From Candidatus Dormiibacterota bacterium (lineage in GTDB: Bacteria > Chloroflexota > Dormibacteria > Aeolococcales > Aeolococcaceae), in contig CAVPXI010000007.1 in NCBI GenBank assembly GCA_963709585.1, forward strand, positions 160,001-224,000: a stretch of DNA of 64,000 bases, written 5' to 3'. The stretch's first letter is position 1; each line of letters starts with the position of its first letter. The notes below the pieces were generated by a model. It did no database searches. It had not been told where the DNA came from and worked only from the letters and a program-made list of their open reading frames with translations. Below, in pieces: positions 19,921 through 29,864 of this stretch. The translations under genes and the position numbers were made by a program.

Positions 19921-20455
19921 CCCCTCCGATGAAGATGGTCGAGCGGAAGTAGGCGAGCTCGGCGATCAACTCTCGGATATCGTCGAGCGCTCGGTGCGCC
20001 TCTCGCTTGGGAGGCGCACCGGCGAGAATGTCGGGATACCAGCGCCGGCACAGCTCCTTGAGGGTCGAGACGTCGATCGACCGGTAGTGCAGGAAGTTCT
20101 CGACGTCGGGCAAGTGTGCTGCGAGAAAACGCCGGTCCGTCCCGATGGAGTTGCCGCAGAGCGGTACCGTTCGCGGCTCGTGGATGTGGGTGCCGAGGAA
20201 GTCCAGCGTGAGCCGGCCGGCCTCGGCAAGCGAGATCGTCGAGGACTCGATGGCCGTCGTGAGCCCGGATCGAGCGTGCATGCTTCGGACCACGTGGTCC
20301 ATGCCTTCGAGCTCGTCGGCGGTCGCGTGGACGACGATATCCGGGCCCTCGGCGATCGGCCTGAGCTGGTCGTCGGTCAGCAGCGTCGCGATCTCGACGA
20401 TCACGTGCCGTGCCGGGTCGAGACCGGTCATCTCCAGGTCCATCCAGGCGAGCAC
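19898..20455 (-). CDS. orn: Oligoribonuclease
   Basis: WMDLEMTGL, GNSIGTD, HYRSIDVSTLKEL, HRALDDI. Confidence 0.96.
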   Translation of the reverse strand: MLAWMDLEMTGLDPARHVIVEIATLLTDDQLRPIAEGPDIVVHATADELEGMDHVVRSMHARSGLTTAIESSTISLAEAGRLTLDFLGTHIHEPRTVPLCGNSIGTDRRFLAAHLPDVENFLHYRSIDVSTLKELCRRWYPDILAGAPPKREAHRALDDIRELIAELAYFRSTIFIGGVNSQSVR

Positions 20456-20480
20456 GGCCCGATCCTAGCGGGATAGCCAA

Positions 20481-21275
20481 TCAGGCGTAGCCCGCGGCAT
20501 CCGACGCGACGCGCTGCGCGAGATAGACGGGGATGGCAGACGCGATGATCACCCCGAGCGCCACGGCGTTGACGATGGGCAGCTGGTTCGGCCGCGAGAG
20601 GTTGGCGAAGATCCAGATGGGCAGCGTCTCGTTGAATCCGGCGGTGAACGTGGTCACGATGATCTCGTCGAACGAGAGCGCGAACGCGAGCAGCGCTCCC
20701 GCGATCAGCGCGGATCGGATCACAGGCAGTGTGACGAAGCGAAAGGTCTGCCAGGGATCCGCGCCCAAATCGGCGGATGCCTCGACCAGCGAACCTGGCG
20801 TGCGCCGCATGCGCGCGATCACGTTGTTGTAGACGGTCACCACGCAGAATGTCGCGTGCCCGACGATCAGGGTGAAAAGACTGAGGCCGCCGAAAAGCGT
20901 CCGGAACGTCGTGTTCAGCGCGATCCCGGTGACGATGCCGGGGAGCGCAACCGGAAGAATGACCAGGAAGGACACCGTGTTGCGGCCGAAGAAGCGATGG
21001 CGGTGGACCGCGGCTGCCAGGAGGCTGCCGAGCACGAGCGCGATCGCGGTGGCGACCAGCCCCACCTGGACGGAGAGGAGCAGCGCGCTCCTCGCGCCGG
21101 GATTGCCGATCGCCGCCTGGATCCATTGCAGTGTCAGGCCGGTCACCGGCCACTTCTGGCTCTTGGACGGGTTGAACGCGTACAGGATGATGAGCAGAAT
21201 GGGCAGGTAGATCAGCACGAGCAGGCAGCCCGACGAGGTCACCAGCCCGATGCGCAGGCGTCGCGAAAGTTGCAC
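20481..21275 (-). CDS. potC: Polyamine ABC transporter permease (PotC-like)
   Basis: EAA loop 'EASADLGA', 'FALSFDE'. Confidence 0.85.
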   Translation of the reverse strand: MQLSRRLRIGLVTSSGCLLVLIYLPILLIILYAFNPSKSQKWPVTGLTLQWIQAAIGNPGARSALLLSVQVGLVATAIALVLGSLLAAAVHRHRFFGRNTVSFLVILPVALPGIVTGIALNTTFRTLFGGLSLFTLIVGHATFCVVTVYNNVIARMRRTPGSLVEASADLGADPWQTFRFVTLPVIRSALIAGALLAFALSFDEIIVTTFTAGFNETLPIWIFANLSRPNQLPIVNAVALGVIIASAIPVYLAQRVASDAAGYA

Positions 21276-22174
21276 TACAGCGCCTCGAATGCGCCGGCCC
21301 GGCGCGCGAGCAGCAGATAGACGACCATCACGAGGACGGGGACCGTCGCGAACGCCGCGGCCAGGGGCAGGTCGCCTACCACGCCGAGGTTTGCGTAGAT
21401 GACGCTCCCGATGAATTGCGTGCTCGACACCTGGCTGACGGCGATGTAATCGCCGAGCGTCAATGAGAACGTGAAGATCGAGCCCGCGACAAGCGCCGGG
21501 AACACCAGCGGCAGGACCACGGAGCGAAACGTCTGCCAGGTGCGCGCGCCGAGGTCCGTCGACGCTTCGAGGAGCGAGTTGGGCACGCGTTCGAACCCGG
21601 CCGCGAGCGGCAGGATCATGTACGGAAGCCAGATGTACGCCAGCACCAGGTACACCGCGACCTCGCCGAACCCGGGCCCGGACAGGTGCAGCGGTTTCAG
21701 CACCCAGTTGAGCACGCCGCCGTCCGAGAGGATCAGACGCCAGGCGAGGATCTTGACGAGATAGCTCGTCCAGAGCGGCATCAGCACCAGCACACCAAGA
21801 ACGGATCGGAGTTTTGGTCCGGCCAGCTTTCCCATCACGAAGGCAATCGGGAAGGCGAGCACCGCATCGGTCAGGGTGACCAGCGCGGCGATCAGGACCG
21901 TACGGCCGGCAATGGTTCGATACACCGGATCTGAGAGCAGCGCCACGAAGTTCTCGAGGCTGAACGTCTTGGTGATGGTGAAGGTGATGTTTGCGTCGTA
22001 GTGCCAGAAGGCAGCCGCAAACAGAACGGCGAGCGAGCCGAGGTAGAAGACGACGAGCCACCCGACCGGCGCGGCGAGCAGGCCGGTGACCCGGATCCCC
22101 GGCCAGCGGGCGAGGATCCGGGCGATCCGGCGGGTCAGTGTCGGCCGGTAGGTCGACAGCTGACCTGCGCTCAT
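21275..22174 (-). CDS. potB: Polyamine ABC transporter permease (PotB-like)
   Basis: 'LPYMILP', 'EASTDLGA'. Confidence 0.85.
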   Translation of the reverse strand: MSAGQLSTYRPTLTRRIARILARWPGIRVTGLLAAPVGWLVVFYLGSLAVLFAAAFWHYDANITFTITKTFSLENFVALLSDPVYRTIAGRTVLIAALVTLTDAVLAFPIAFVMGKLAGPKLRSVLGVLVLMPLWTSYLVKILAWRLILSDGGVLNWVLKPLHLSGPGFGEVAVYLVLAYIWLPYMILPLAAGFERVPNSLLEASTDLGARTWQTFRSVVLPLVFPALVAGSIFTFSLTLGDYIAVSQVSSTQFIGSVIYANLGVVGDLPLAAAFATVPVLVMVVYLLLARRAGAFEAL

Positions 22175-22195
22175 CTCAACACCCGGCGCTGCGGT

Positions 22196-23380
22196 CTATC
22201 CCTTGATGTCGGTCCACGCATGCAGCCACGCGGCGTATCCCATGCAGACGTTGCCCCTGCTGTCTCCGCAATTGGTGAGCGGAACCTTCCAGAGCGCGAG
22301 GTCGTGCAGATAGATGGCATCGCCGACGTGGTACGTCGCGCAGAACGTGGGGTCGCTCTTGGCGATGATGTCGCACGCCTTGAGGTTGGCCGGCGCCTCG
22401 CCGAACCACTGCGCCACCTGCGCCTGCACGTTGGGGGTGGTGATCCAGTTCATCCACAGGTACATGCAGTTCGGGTGCGCGGCCTTCGAGTACATCATCC
22501 AGGTGTCGGACCACCCGGTCGATCCCTCCTTGGGGACGGTGACCGCCACAGGCGTCGGGTTCTTGTCGGTGAGCAGCAGGTTCGCGATCACCTGCCACGT
22601 GGTTCCAACGACGGAATCAGCGTTGGCGAACGCCGACTGCTCCTTGGTGTAGTCGGACCAGTAGGTCCCGATGACCGTGTGCTGGACCTTGAGCAACGCG
22701 ACCGCGGCGTTGAACTGCGTGCTGTCCAGCTCATATGGATCGGTGATGTGCAAATCCGGGCGCGTCGACTTCAGGTAGAGCGCCGCGTCGGCGATGTAGA
22801 TCGGATCGTCGTACGCCGTGATCTTTCCAATGTATGGCGAGTTCGGATCGAACACCACGCCCCAGGAGTCAGGCGCCGGCTTGACGATGTCGGTGCGCCA
22901 CATGAGGAGGTTGGCACCCCAGCCGTGCGGCACCCCGTAGTTCACTCCCTGGTACGTGTTGTACGGCTGATTCTTGAGACTGGGGTTGATGTCGGGGTAG
23001 TTGGTCAGCAGGTTGACGTTGATCGGCGCGACGGTCCCGCTCGCCATGAGGCGGAGGGTCGCATTGCCGGATGCCGAGACGCCGTCGTACTGACCGGTGT
23101 CCATCAACGCCACCATCTCATCCGACGTGTTGGCGATCTTGGCGTTGACCTTGCAGCCCGTCTGGTTCTGGAAGGGCGTCACCCAGTCCACGGTCGGGTC
23201 GTCCTGACCGGCTTCCGCGTACCCGGCCCAGACGATGATGTTGAGTGCCCCCTCCCCTTTTCCGATCTTGGTGAGCATGGTCGGTCCCGAGGGACCGCTG
23301 CTGCCGGCCGAGCCGCAGGCGGCGATCCCCAACGATGCGCACGCCGCGCCGATCCATAGTCGCGACCTGCCAGTGATCAT
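22196..23380 (-). CDS. potD: Polyamine ABC transporter substrate-binding lipoprotein (PotD-like)
   Basis: Lipobox IAAC; 'WAGY', 'PKEGSTGWSD'. Confidence 0.85.
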   Translation of the reverse strand: MITGRSRLWIGAACASLGIAACGSAGSSGPSGPTMLTKIGKGEGALNIIVWAGYAEAGQDDPTVDWVTPFQNQTGCKVNAKIANTSDEMVALMDTGQYDGVSASGNATLRLMASGTVAPINVNLLTNYPDINPSLKNQPYNTYQGVNYGVPHGWGANLLMWRTDIVKPAPDSWGVVFDPNSPYIGKITAYDDPIYIADAALYLKSTRPDLHITDPYELDSTQFNAAVALLKVQHTVIGTYWSDYTKEQSAFANADSVVGTTWQVIANLLLTDKNPTPVAVTVPKEGSTGWSDTWMMYSKAAHPNCMYLWMNWITTPNVQAQVAQWFGEAPANLKACDIIAKSDPTFCATYHVGDAIYLHDLALWKVPLTNCGDSRGNVCMGYAAWLHAWTDIKG

Positions 23381-24495
23381 GCTTCTGCCTCCAATTGGGT
23401 GTCTGCGATTGAGCCCGAGCTGAGTGCCATGGTTTGATCCCGTTGCCATACGAGGCGTACCTCACGACCCTGCTGCGCCTGCGCGTCGGTCGCAGTCGAG
23501 GTGACGTTCTGGGTCGCGACGCGCAGGGTGCGATCAGCTGCGACCGCCACCACGTATGCCGTCTCGGCGCCGAGATAGACGATGTCCCGAACCGTCCCGA
23601 CGACCGTGCAGGCATCGGCTGCGACCGGGGCGTCGACCCTGACGATGCGGATCTTCTCCGGACGGATCATGAAGCGGCCATGCTCGCCGATGATGCGCAC
23701 AGCGAGGTCGCCGTCGATGAGATTGGACGCACCCACGAACCCCGCCACGAACGGCGTCGCCGGGCGCTCGTAGATCTCCGCGGGCGTGCCCACCTGCTCG
23801 ATGTGGCCGGCGCCGAACACGGCGATGCGATCGCTGAGCGCGAGCGCCTCGTGCTGGTCGTGGGTGACGAAGATGAAGGTGATGCCGGCGCCGCGCTGCA
23901 CATCCTTGAGCTCCACCTGCATCTCCTCACGGAGCTTGGTGTCGAGCGCACCCAGCGGCTCGTCGAGCAGGAGCACGCGGGGACGGTTGATCAGGGCACG
24001 CGCCAGGGCGACCCGCTGGCGCTGGCCGCCGCTGAGCTCGGACGGCTTGCGCGATTCGAAGCCGCCGAGTCGCATGGTCTCCAGCACTTCCGCAACTCTC
24101 CCGGCCCGCTGGCGGCGGGGCACACGGCGCACCCGGAGGCTGTACCCGACGTTCTCACCAACCGTCATGTGCGGAAAGAGGGCGTAGTCCTGGAAAACCG
24201 TGTTGACGTTGCGCTCGAAGGGCGGCACGTTGGTGACATCGCGTCCGTGCAGCCGGACGGTGCCGCTGGTCGGCCGCTCGAAGCCGGCGATGAGGCGAAG
24301 GGTCGTGGTCTTGCCCGATCCCGATGGGCCGAGGAGCGAGAAAAACTCGCCATCACGGATGTCCAGCGTGATCCCGCTGATCGCGACATTGGTGCCGAAC
24401 CGCTTGGTGAGCCCGTCCAGCGACACCGCGGCCGGGTGGGTGGCCCCGGTCGCCTCCCGTTCGCGACTTTCCGTCAGGTTCTCTCGAGCCAGCAC
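23377..24495 (-). CDS. potA: Polyamine ABC transporter ATPase (PotA-like)
   Basis: GPSGSGKT, FQDYALFPH, LSGGQ, TOBE tail; start uncertain. Confidence 0.88.
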   Translation of the reverse strand: MLARENLTESREREATGATHPAAVSLDGLTKRFGTNVAISGITLDIRDGEFFSLLGPSGSGKTTTLRLIAGFERPTSGTVRLHGRDVTNVPPFERNVNTVFQDYALFPHMTVGENVGYSLRVRRVPRRQRAGRVAEVLETMRLGGFESRKPSELSGGQRQRVALARALINRPRVLLLDEPLGALDTKLREEMQVELKDVQRGAGITFIFVTHDQHEALALSDRIAVFGAGHIEQVGTPAEIYERPATPFVAGFVGASNLIDGDLAVRIIGEHGRFMIRPEKIRIVRVDAPVAADACTVVGTVRDIVYLGAETAYVVAVAADRTLRVATQNVTSTATDAQAQQGREVRLVWQRDQTMALSSGSIADTQLEAEA

Positions 24496-24768
24496 GTGGT
24501 TCCCTAAGCTCGGCGCGCGCGACGGCTTCCGCAACCCGATCCGCGAGCGTGTCGGTCGAGATGCTAGCGCCTGAGATGGCATCGCGTGGGCGCCGAGAGG
24601 GCGCCGAGCCTTGCCACGCAGCGGCGAACGGGGCAACTCGATCCAGACACCCGCTCCGAGGAGCGCGGTCAAGGGCGGCGTCGATCCGCTGTAACAGCCG
24701 CGAGTATCCATATCGCGAACCGGCGCTCAGCCGGCGGATGTGCGGCGGAGACCGCGGAGAACAAACCA

Positions 24769-25338
24769 GTGAAACGACAACTTTTCATCAGTGGTGGCGC
24801 AGTCGCTCTGCTCCTCATGGCAGCGTGCGGTTCCGCAACCAACGCCGCCACGTCGCCGACCGCGACTGCGATGCCGTCGATTGCGCCGACCGCAACACCA
24901 ACACCGCCACCGACACCGCTTGCGACTCCGGTTCCAACAGCGATGCCGACACCGGCGCGAGCGACGCCCCCGCCCGCGACGGGTACCACGGTGAGCCTGC
25001 GCAGCGTCGGTGGTCTCGGGCAGATCCTTGTCGGCTCAAACGGCAAAACGCTCTACCTCTTCCTGGCTGACAGCGGCGTGATGTCGAGATGCACCGGCTC
25101 GTGCGCGCAGAATTGGCCGCCGCTGACCACTGCCGGGCTCCCGCGCGCCGCGGGCGGTGTGTTAGAGGGCCTGCTCGGAACGAGCAGACGCGGAAACGGC
25201 ACCACGCAGGTGACCTACAACGGACATCCCCTCTACTACTTCATCGCAGATGCCGGCCCGGGCATGGCCGGCGGCGAGGGGATCAACGCCTTCGGCGGTC
25301 GCTGGGAAGTTGTCGATGCGGCCGGTGCTGGTCGCTAA
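24769..25338 (+). CDS. COG4315 (Yx[FWY]xxD) secreted-repeat lipoprotein
   Basis: Lipobox MAAC, Pro/Thr linker, 'GKTLYLF..D..C.G.C..NWPP', 'QVTYNGHPLYYF'. Confidence 0.85.
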   Translation: MKRQLFISGGAVALLLMAACGSATNAATSPTATAMPSIAPTATPTPPPTPLATPVPTAMPTPARATPPPATGTTVSLRSVGGLGQILVGSNGKTLYLFLADSGVMSRCTGSCAQNWPPLTTAGLPRAAGGVLEGLLGTSRRGNGTTQVTYNGHPLYYFIADAGPGMAGGEGINAFGGRWEVVDAAGAGR

Positions 25339-25354
25339 ATGAGTTTGATGCGAC

Positions 25355-25735
25355 TCAGTGCAGCACCGCAATGACATTCCGAGCTGGATCCATGAACCAC
25401 GCGACGTCCGGACCGGTGTTGTGCTCTCTACCACGCACGATCCCTTTCGCATCGACGCCCGGAAAGTTCTCGTAGCGCAGGACTTCGACGCCTCGTTTGG
25501 CCAGCTCGTCGACCGCGTCGTCGACGTTCTCGACCTCGAAGTTCAGGATCGTAAAGGTCGCGGGTTGATGGTCGGGTTTCGGATAGAAGAACACCGAGCC
25601 GCCGCCGGGTAGGTGGATCCGTGCCCCGACGCCGTCAGCCTCCACCGTCAGACCCAACGTCGACGAATAGAACTCCTTGGCCTTCGCCAGGTTGTCCACA
25701 GAGAAACCGCTGAATGCCCCTGTTGGTGTGAACAT
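25355..25735 (-). CDS. VOC/glyoxalase family protein
   Basis: 'AFSGFSVD..AKEFY', 'AWFMDPARN'. Confidence 0.9.
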   Translation of the reverse strand: MFTPTGAFSGFSVDNLAKAKEFYSSTLGLTVEADGVGARIHLPGGGSVFFYPKPDHQPATFTILNFEVENVDDAVDELAKRGVEVLRYENFPGVDAKGIVRGREHNTGPDVAWFMDPARNVIAVLH

Positions 25736-25839
25736 CGTCAACCTCATCCTCGCCTGGGTTGATGCACCGGTTCGAAGCTGGATGATAGGGCGCGGTACGC
25801 TAGCGCGCACTCGCAGATCCGCCGACGGGAGACACGGAG

Positions 25840-26947
25840 ATGACCACAGCCGGCCCGAGCGTCACCTACAGGAGTCCGCTCCACCAGATGACGCAGACGA
25901 CGCCAACATGCCTCTGGAACAACTCCGCGTCGATCGACGAGCTCACCTACGCCATCGAGCACGGCGCGGTCGGCGCGACGTGCAATCCGGTGATCGCCAT
26001 GTCGGTGCTCAAGGGCGACATCGCCACGTGGCGGCCGCGAGCCGACAGCCTGCTCCGCGAGCTTCCCACCGCCACCGAGGACACCATCGCCTGGAAGCTC
26101 GTCGAGGAGCTGTCGGTCAGGGCCGCACGGCTCCTCGAACCGATCTTCGAGACGCATCGCGGACGCAACGGGCGCCTCTCCATCCAGACGGATCCCCGTT
26201 TCTTCCGCGACAGCGATGCAATCCTCGAGCAGGCGCTCAGGTTCGACCGGCTGGGCCCGAACATGATCGTGAAGATCCCGGTGACCCGGGCTGGGATCGC
26301 GGCGATCGAGGAGGCGACCTACCAGGGCATCAGCATCAACGCAACGGTCTGCTTCACCCTTCCGCAATGCATCGCGGTCGCCGAGGCCGTCGAGCGCGGC
26401 CTCCGGCGACGCGAGCAGGAGGGCAAGAGCATCGAGTTCGATGGGGCCGGTCTGCACGATCATGGTGGGCAGGCTCGACGACTGGCTCAAGGTGGTGATG
26501 GAGCGCGATGGGATCACCATCGATCCGGGCTATCTCGAATGGGCCGGCGTGGCCGTGTTCAAGAAGGCCTACGGAATCTTCCGCGAGCGCGGGTACCGGA
26601 TCCGCCTGCTCTCGGCGGCGTTTCGCAACCACATGCACTGGAGCGAGTTCATCGGCGCGGATGCGGTGGTCTCACCCACCTCCGCGTGGCAGAAGCGCCT
26701 CAATGCAGGCGATATCGAGGTGATGCCGCGCATCGACCTCCCCGTCGATCCGAAGGTCGTGGAGGGACTCCTCGCGCACTTCCTGGACTTTCGTCGCGCG
26801 TACTCCGAGGACGGCCTCGGGGTCGTCGAGTTCGACGATTTTGCCCCGACGCGGCGAACGCTGCGCCAGTTCTGCGCGGCGTGCGGTGATCTGAACGCAT
26901 TCGTTCGCGATGTCCTGATCCCCGACCCGGATCGGGGGAGCGCGTGA
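25840..26947 (+). CDS. Transaldolase family protein with one +1 frameshift at ~26437 (probable sequencing error)
   Basis: 'GATCNP', 'VKIP', 'INATVCF' continue as 'MGPVCTIMVGRLDD' in another frame; GAGTTC restores to GAGTC. Confidence 0.82.
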
Positions 26948-27720
26948 ACGCGACCTCATTGATCCGCGCCGGCGAGCAGACCACGTACATCTCGCTCGAT
27001 CTGATCGCCGCGGAGCCGGGAGAATCAATTGAGCTTGGACCCGGCTCGGAACGGCTTGCGGTCATTCTCTCCGGGCGCGCCCAACTCATGCTGGACGGCC
27101 AGGATTCCGGCGTCGTCGGCGGCAGAGCGAGTGTCTTCGAGGGGCCGGGCGATGCCGTGTACGTGCCTCCAACATCGTCGGCTGTGCTGGTGCCGAGCCG
27201 TGAGGGTGCCACCGACGTGACCGTGGCGGTTGCCGCCGCGCCGGCCGGTCCGCAACCGCCTGGGGCGGCGCGGGTCATCCTGGGCACGGCCCAACGCGAG
27301 ACCGTGGTCGGAAGCGGAAGCTGGGGCCGGAGGGTCCGGACCATCCTCGGCCCCGACGATGCTGCGTCGCGGCTCATCGTGGGGGAAACCGTGCACAGCG
27401 AGCCGGGCACCTGGTCGTCGTTCCCGCCGCATCGGCACGACCGCGACACGCCCGATGAGGTGCGGCTCGAGGAGGTCTACTACTATCGGGTGCATCCTGC
27501 CAACGGCTTTGCGGTGCAGGTCCGGTACGACACCGACACAGAGCACGAGGACCTGCGGATCGTGCGCGACGGCGACGCCGCGGCGATCACGTCGGGCTTC
27601 CATCCGCTCGTGGCTGCTCCCGGCCATGGCCTCTACTACCTGTGGGTCCTGGCCGGAGAGCAGCGTGCGATGCGGGTGTACGTCGATCCCCGCTATCGGT
27701 GGGTCACCACGGCCGGATAA
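26944..27720 (+). CDS. iolB: 5-deoxy-glucuronate isomerase (IolB/KduI family)
   Basis: 'WSSFPPHRHD', 'LEEVYYY', 'GFHP', 'YYLWVLAG'. Confidence 0.88.
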   Translation: MNATSLIRAGEQTTYISLDLIAAEPGESIELGPGSERLAVILSGRAQLMLDGQDSGVVGGRASVFEGPGDAVYVPPTSSAVLVPSREGATDVTVAVAAAPAGPQPPGAARVILGTAQRETVVGSGSWGRRVRTILGPDDAASRLIVGETVHSEPGTWSSFPPHRHDRDTPDEVRLEEVYYYRVHPANGFAVQVRYDTDTEHEDLRIVRDGDAAAITSGFHPLVAAPGHGLYYLWVLAGEQRAMRVYVDPRYRWVTTAG

Positions 27721-28250
27721 TCGACTGCGGCGGGGGCTTCGCGGGAGGCGTCGGCGAGACGGGGATCGAAGCTCTTCCGTGCACGGACGGTGATGCGCTG
27801 CAAACTCAGGGTCATCGCGTTTTCGCGAGCGTCGAGGATGAACAGGCAGGCGAAGACGAAAGCATAGATCGGCGCTGCGCCCACGTCCGTCGTGGTGCCG
27901 AGAGCGTATGGGCCGCCGAACCCCTCACCCACGGCCCACACGAAGAGCGCGTACAAGCCGCCCATCACGTACAGGGGACGGCGCGCAAAACCCAGGATGA
28001 GGGCGACGCCGATCGCTGTCTCAGTGACGGCGGTGAGGTCGGGAAGCAGATGGCCTGTATTGGTGGCGATCAACGCCCAGAACTGAAACCACGGTTTCAC
28101 GATTCCAGGCTGGCTGACCACCATGCCCTGGATCATCGCCGCGAAGCCGCTTCGGAACCCTGGCTGCCACTTGAAGAACGCATCGACGAGCCACACCAGG
28201 CCAAAGGCCACGCGCAGCAGCGTCACAGGAGAGCGATTCAATTTCGTCAT
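27693..28250 (-). CDS. DoxX / TQO small-subunit (DoxD)-like membrane protein
   Basis: 'LRVAFGLVWLVDAFFKW', 'EGFGGPY..G.TDVG'. Confidence 0.78.
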   Translation of the reverse strand: MTKLNRSPVTLLRVAFGLVWLVDAFFKWQPGFRSGFAAMIQGMVVSQPGIVKPWFQFWALIATNTGHLLPDLTAVTETAIGVALILGFARRPLYVMGGLYALFVWAVGEGFGGPYALGTTTDVGAAPIYAFVFACLFILDARENAMTLSLQRITVRARKSFDPRLADASREAPAAVDYPAVVTHR

Positions 28251-28288
28251 GTGGTGTCGTCCTGGTGAACTGTGGATGTGCATGAGTT

Positions 28289-28858
28289 TCAATGGCTCAC
28301 CTGCATTCCGCTCGGGGACACCGCGTACCACAGACCACCGAACTGATTGAGCTGCTCGCCGTTGGTATCGCCCGGGTTGGTGTCGCCGACGTAGTAGTAG
28401 AGCGGATGACCGTTGTAGGTGACCTGCATCTGGCCACCGCCGCCCGAGGTTGTGCCCAGCAACGTTGCGGACGCACCCGTTCCCGCCTGTACCGCGGTTG
28501 GGGATGTGACCGGCGGCCAGACGCTGGTGCATCCGCCCGAGCAGGACGACGTTGTCCCGCTGTCTCTCGTGAACAGATACACCGTTCGGCCTTTGCCGTC
28601 AGTGAGGACGGAGCCGAGACCCGACTTGACGACCTTTACTGAAAGGGCTCCAGTGGCGGGCGGCGCCAGGCCGTACGTATATCCCCCTGAATTTGTGCCG
28701 GCGCCAGTGTTTCCGGTGCTTGATCCGCTCCCGCCGTACACGGATCCGGTGGTGCCCGCGCCCCCACATGCTGCAACCAGCATGGCGACCCCCGCAGCTG
28801 GAAACGCGAGCAATGGTAGGCCTCGACGCGTCGATAGACGCGCAATGATCGATTGCAT
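28289..28858 (-). CDS. COG4315 (Yx[FWY]xxD) secreted-repeat lipoprotein
   Basis: Lipobox VAAC; 'GRTVYLFTRD', 'CSGGCTSVWPP', 'QVTYNGHPLYYY'. Confidence 0.87.
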   Translation of the reverse strand: MQSIIARLSTRRGLPLLAFPAAGVAMLVAACGGAGTTGSVYGGSGSSTGNTGAGTNSGGYTYGLAPPATGALSVKVVKSGLGSVLTDGKGRTVYLFTRDSGTTSSCSGGCTSVWPPVTSPTAVQAGTGASATLLGTTSGGGGQMQVTYNGHPLYYYVGDTNPGDTNGEQLNQFGGLWYAVSPSGMQVSH

Positions 28859-29115
28859 GGAGTGCTCCCTGTGTGTGACCCGACACTTCTATCAACGTCA
28901 GGCGGGTGGATTGCGAACGTTCTGACACTCATGGATAGCGGCGCGGTTACACGGAGGAGAGACGTGTATCGAGCCATCGACTCCGTTGATCGGCGATGTG
29001 TGTAACGCCACCCGTATGTACCGGTGAAGGCTCGCATCGCCTGATCCCTCCCTCCGCCCGGGTGGCGCCGACCAACGGATCGGCGCCACCCACCAACCAT
29101 GAGGATCCTCGCGAC

Positions 29116-29304
29116 GTGACGTACATCGTGCTCATCACAGCCGCGCTGCGCGAGCTCGCCAACCGCGAGCCGCAATGTATGGTTGCGATCGTGCTCGCTG
29201 GCGGAACCGCGCTGTCGACCATGCGCCGCCGGCTGCCTCGCAGCCTCAGCCGCCAAGCCCGAGCGCCCGCCGGCAGCCTGCCCGTTCCAGACGCGACCCT
29301 GTAA
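29116..29304 (+). CDS. Possible small hypothetical membrane-associated protein
   Basis: GTG start after GAGG; hydrophobic stretch; fills the gap before the ECF gene. Confidence 0.3.
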   Translation: MTYIVLITAALRELANREPQCMVAIVLAGGTALSTMRRRLPRSLSRQARAPAGSLPVPDATL

Positions 29305-29324
29305 CTGCGTTCATAGGGTTGGGT

Positions 29325-29864
29325 ATGGAGAGCGGATCGCAGCCCGGGGAGCCCGGAGTCTTCCAAGTCATCGACGGTGACCGTCCCCTGGACTGGGAGG
29401 GCGTCTATCGCGACCACGTGGCGTCGATCTATCGCCTGCTGTATTACAAGGTGGGCAACCAGCATGACGCCGAAGATCTGACCTCGCAGGTGTTCCTCGA
29501 AGCGTTGCCTCGTCTCCGGGCGAACGCGTCGGGCGGCGAGATCCACATGTATCTGGTCACCACGGCTCGGACGACGCTTGCCGGCCACTGGCGCCGACGC
29601 CTCGGCATCCAGGTGACAACCATCGATGACAACCTCGTCAAGGCGGAGGTCCACGGGCCGCCCACGGATCCACTCCCGCGGATTCGTCGCATCCTGTCCA
29701 AGCTTCCGCCGAATTACCGTCGAGTCCTCGAGCTTCGATTCCTCGAGCGCTGCTCGGTAGGCGAGACGGCTGCGAGGATGGGCATCAGCTCCGGCAACGC
29801 CCGGGTGGTGCAACACCGAGCTCTGCAGCGCGCCGCCGAGCTCGGCGTCGAGGTGGGCGCATGA
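29325..29864 (+). CDS. ECF RNA polymerase sigma factor
   Basis: 'DAEDLTSQVF', region 4 'LP..YRRVLELRF..ETAARMG..ARVVQHRAL'. Confidence 0.9.
   Translation: MESGSQPGEPGVFQVIDGDRPLDWEGVYRDHVASIYRLLYYKVGNQHDAEDLTSQVFLEALPRLRANASGGEIHMYLVTTARTTLAGHWRRRLGIQVTTIDDNLVKAEVHGPPTDPLPRIRRILSKLPPNYRRVLELRFLERCSVGETAARMGISSGNARVVQHRALQRAAELGVEVGA

Noticed and set aside
24841-24990. Pro/Thr repeats in the lipoprotein
   Set aside because: Ordinary low-complexity linker.
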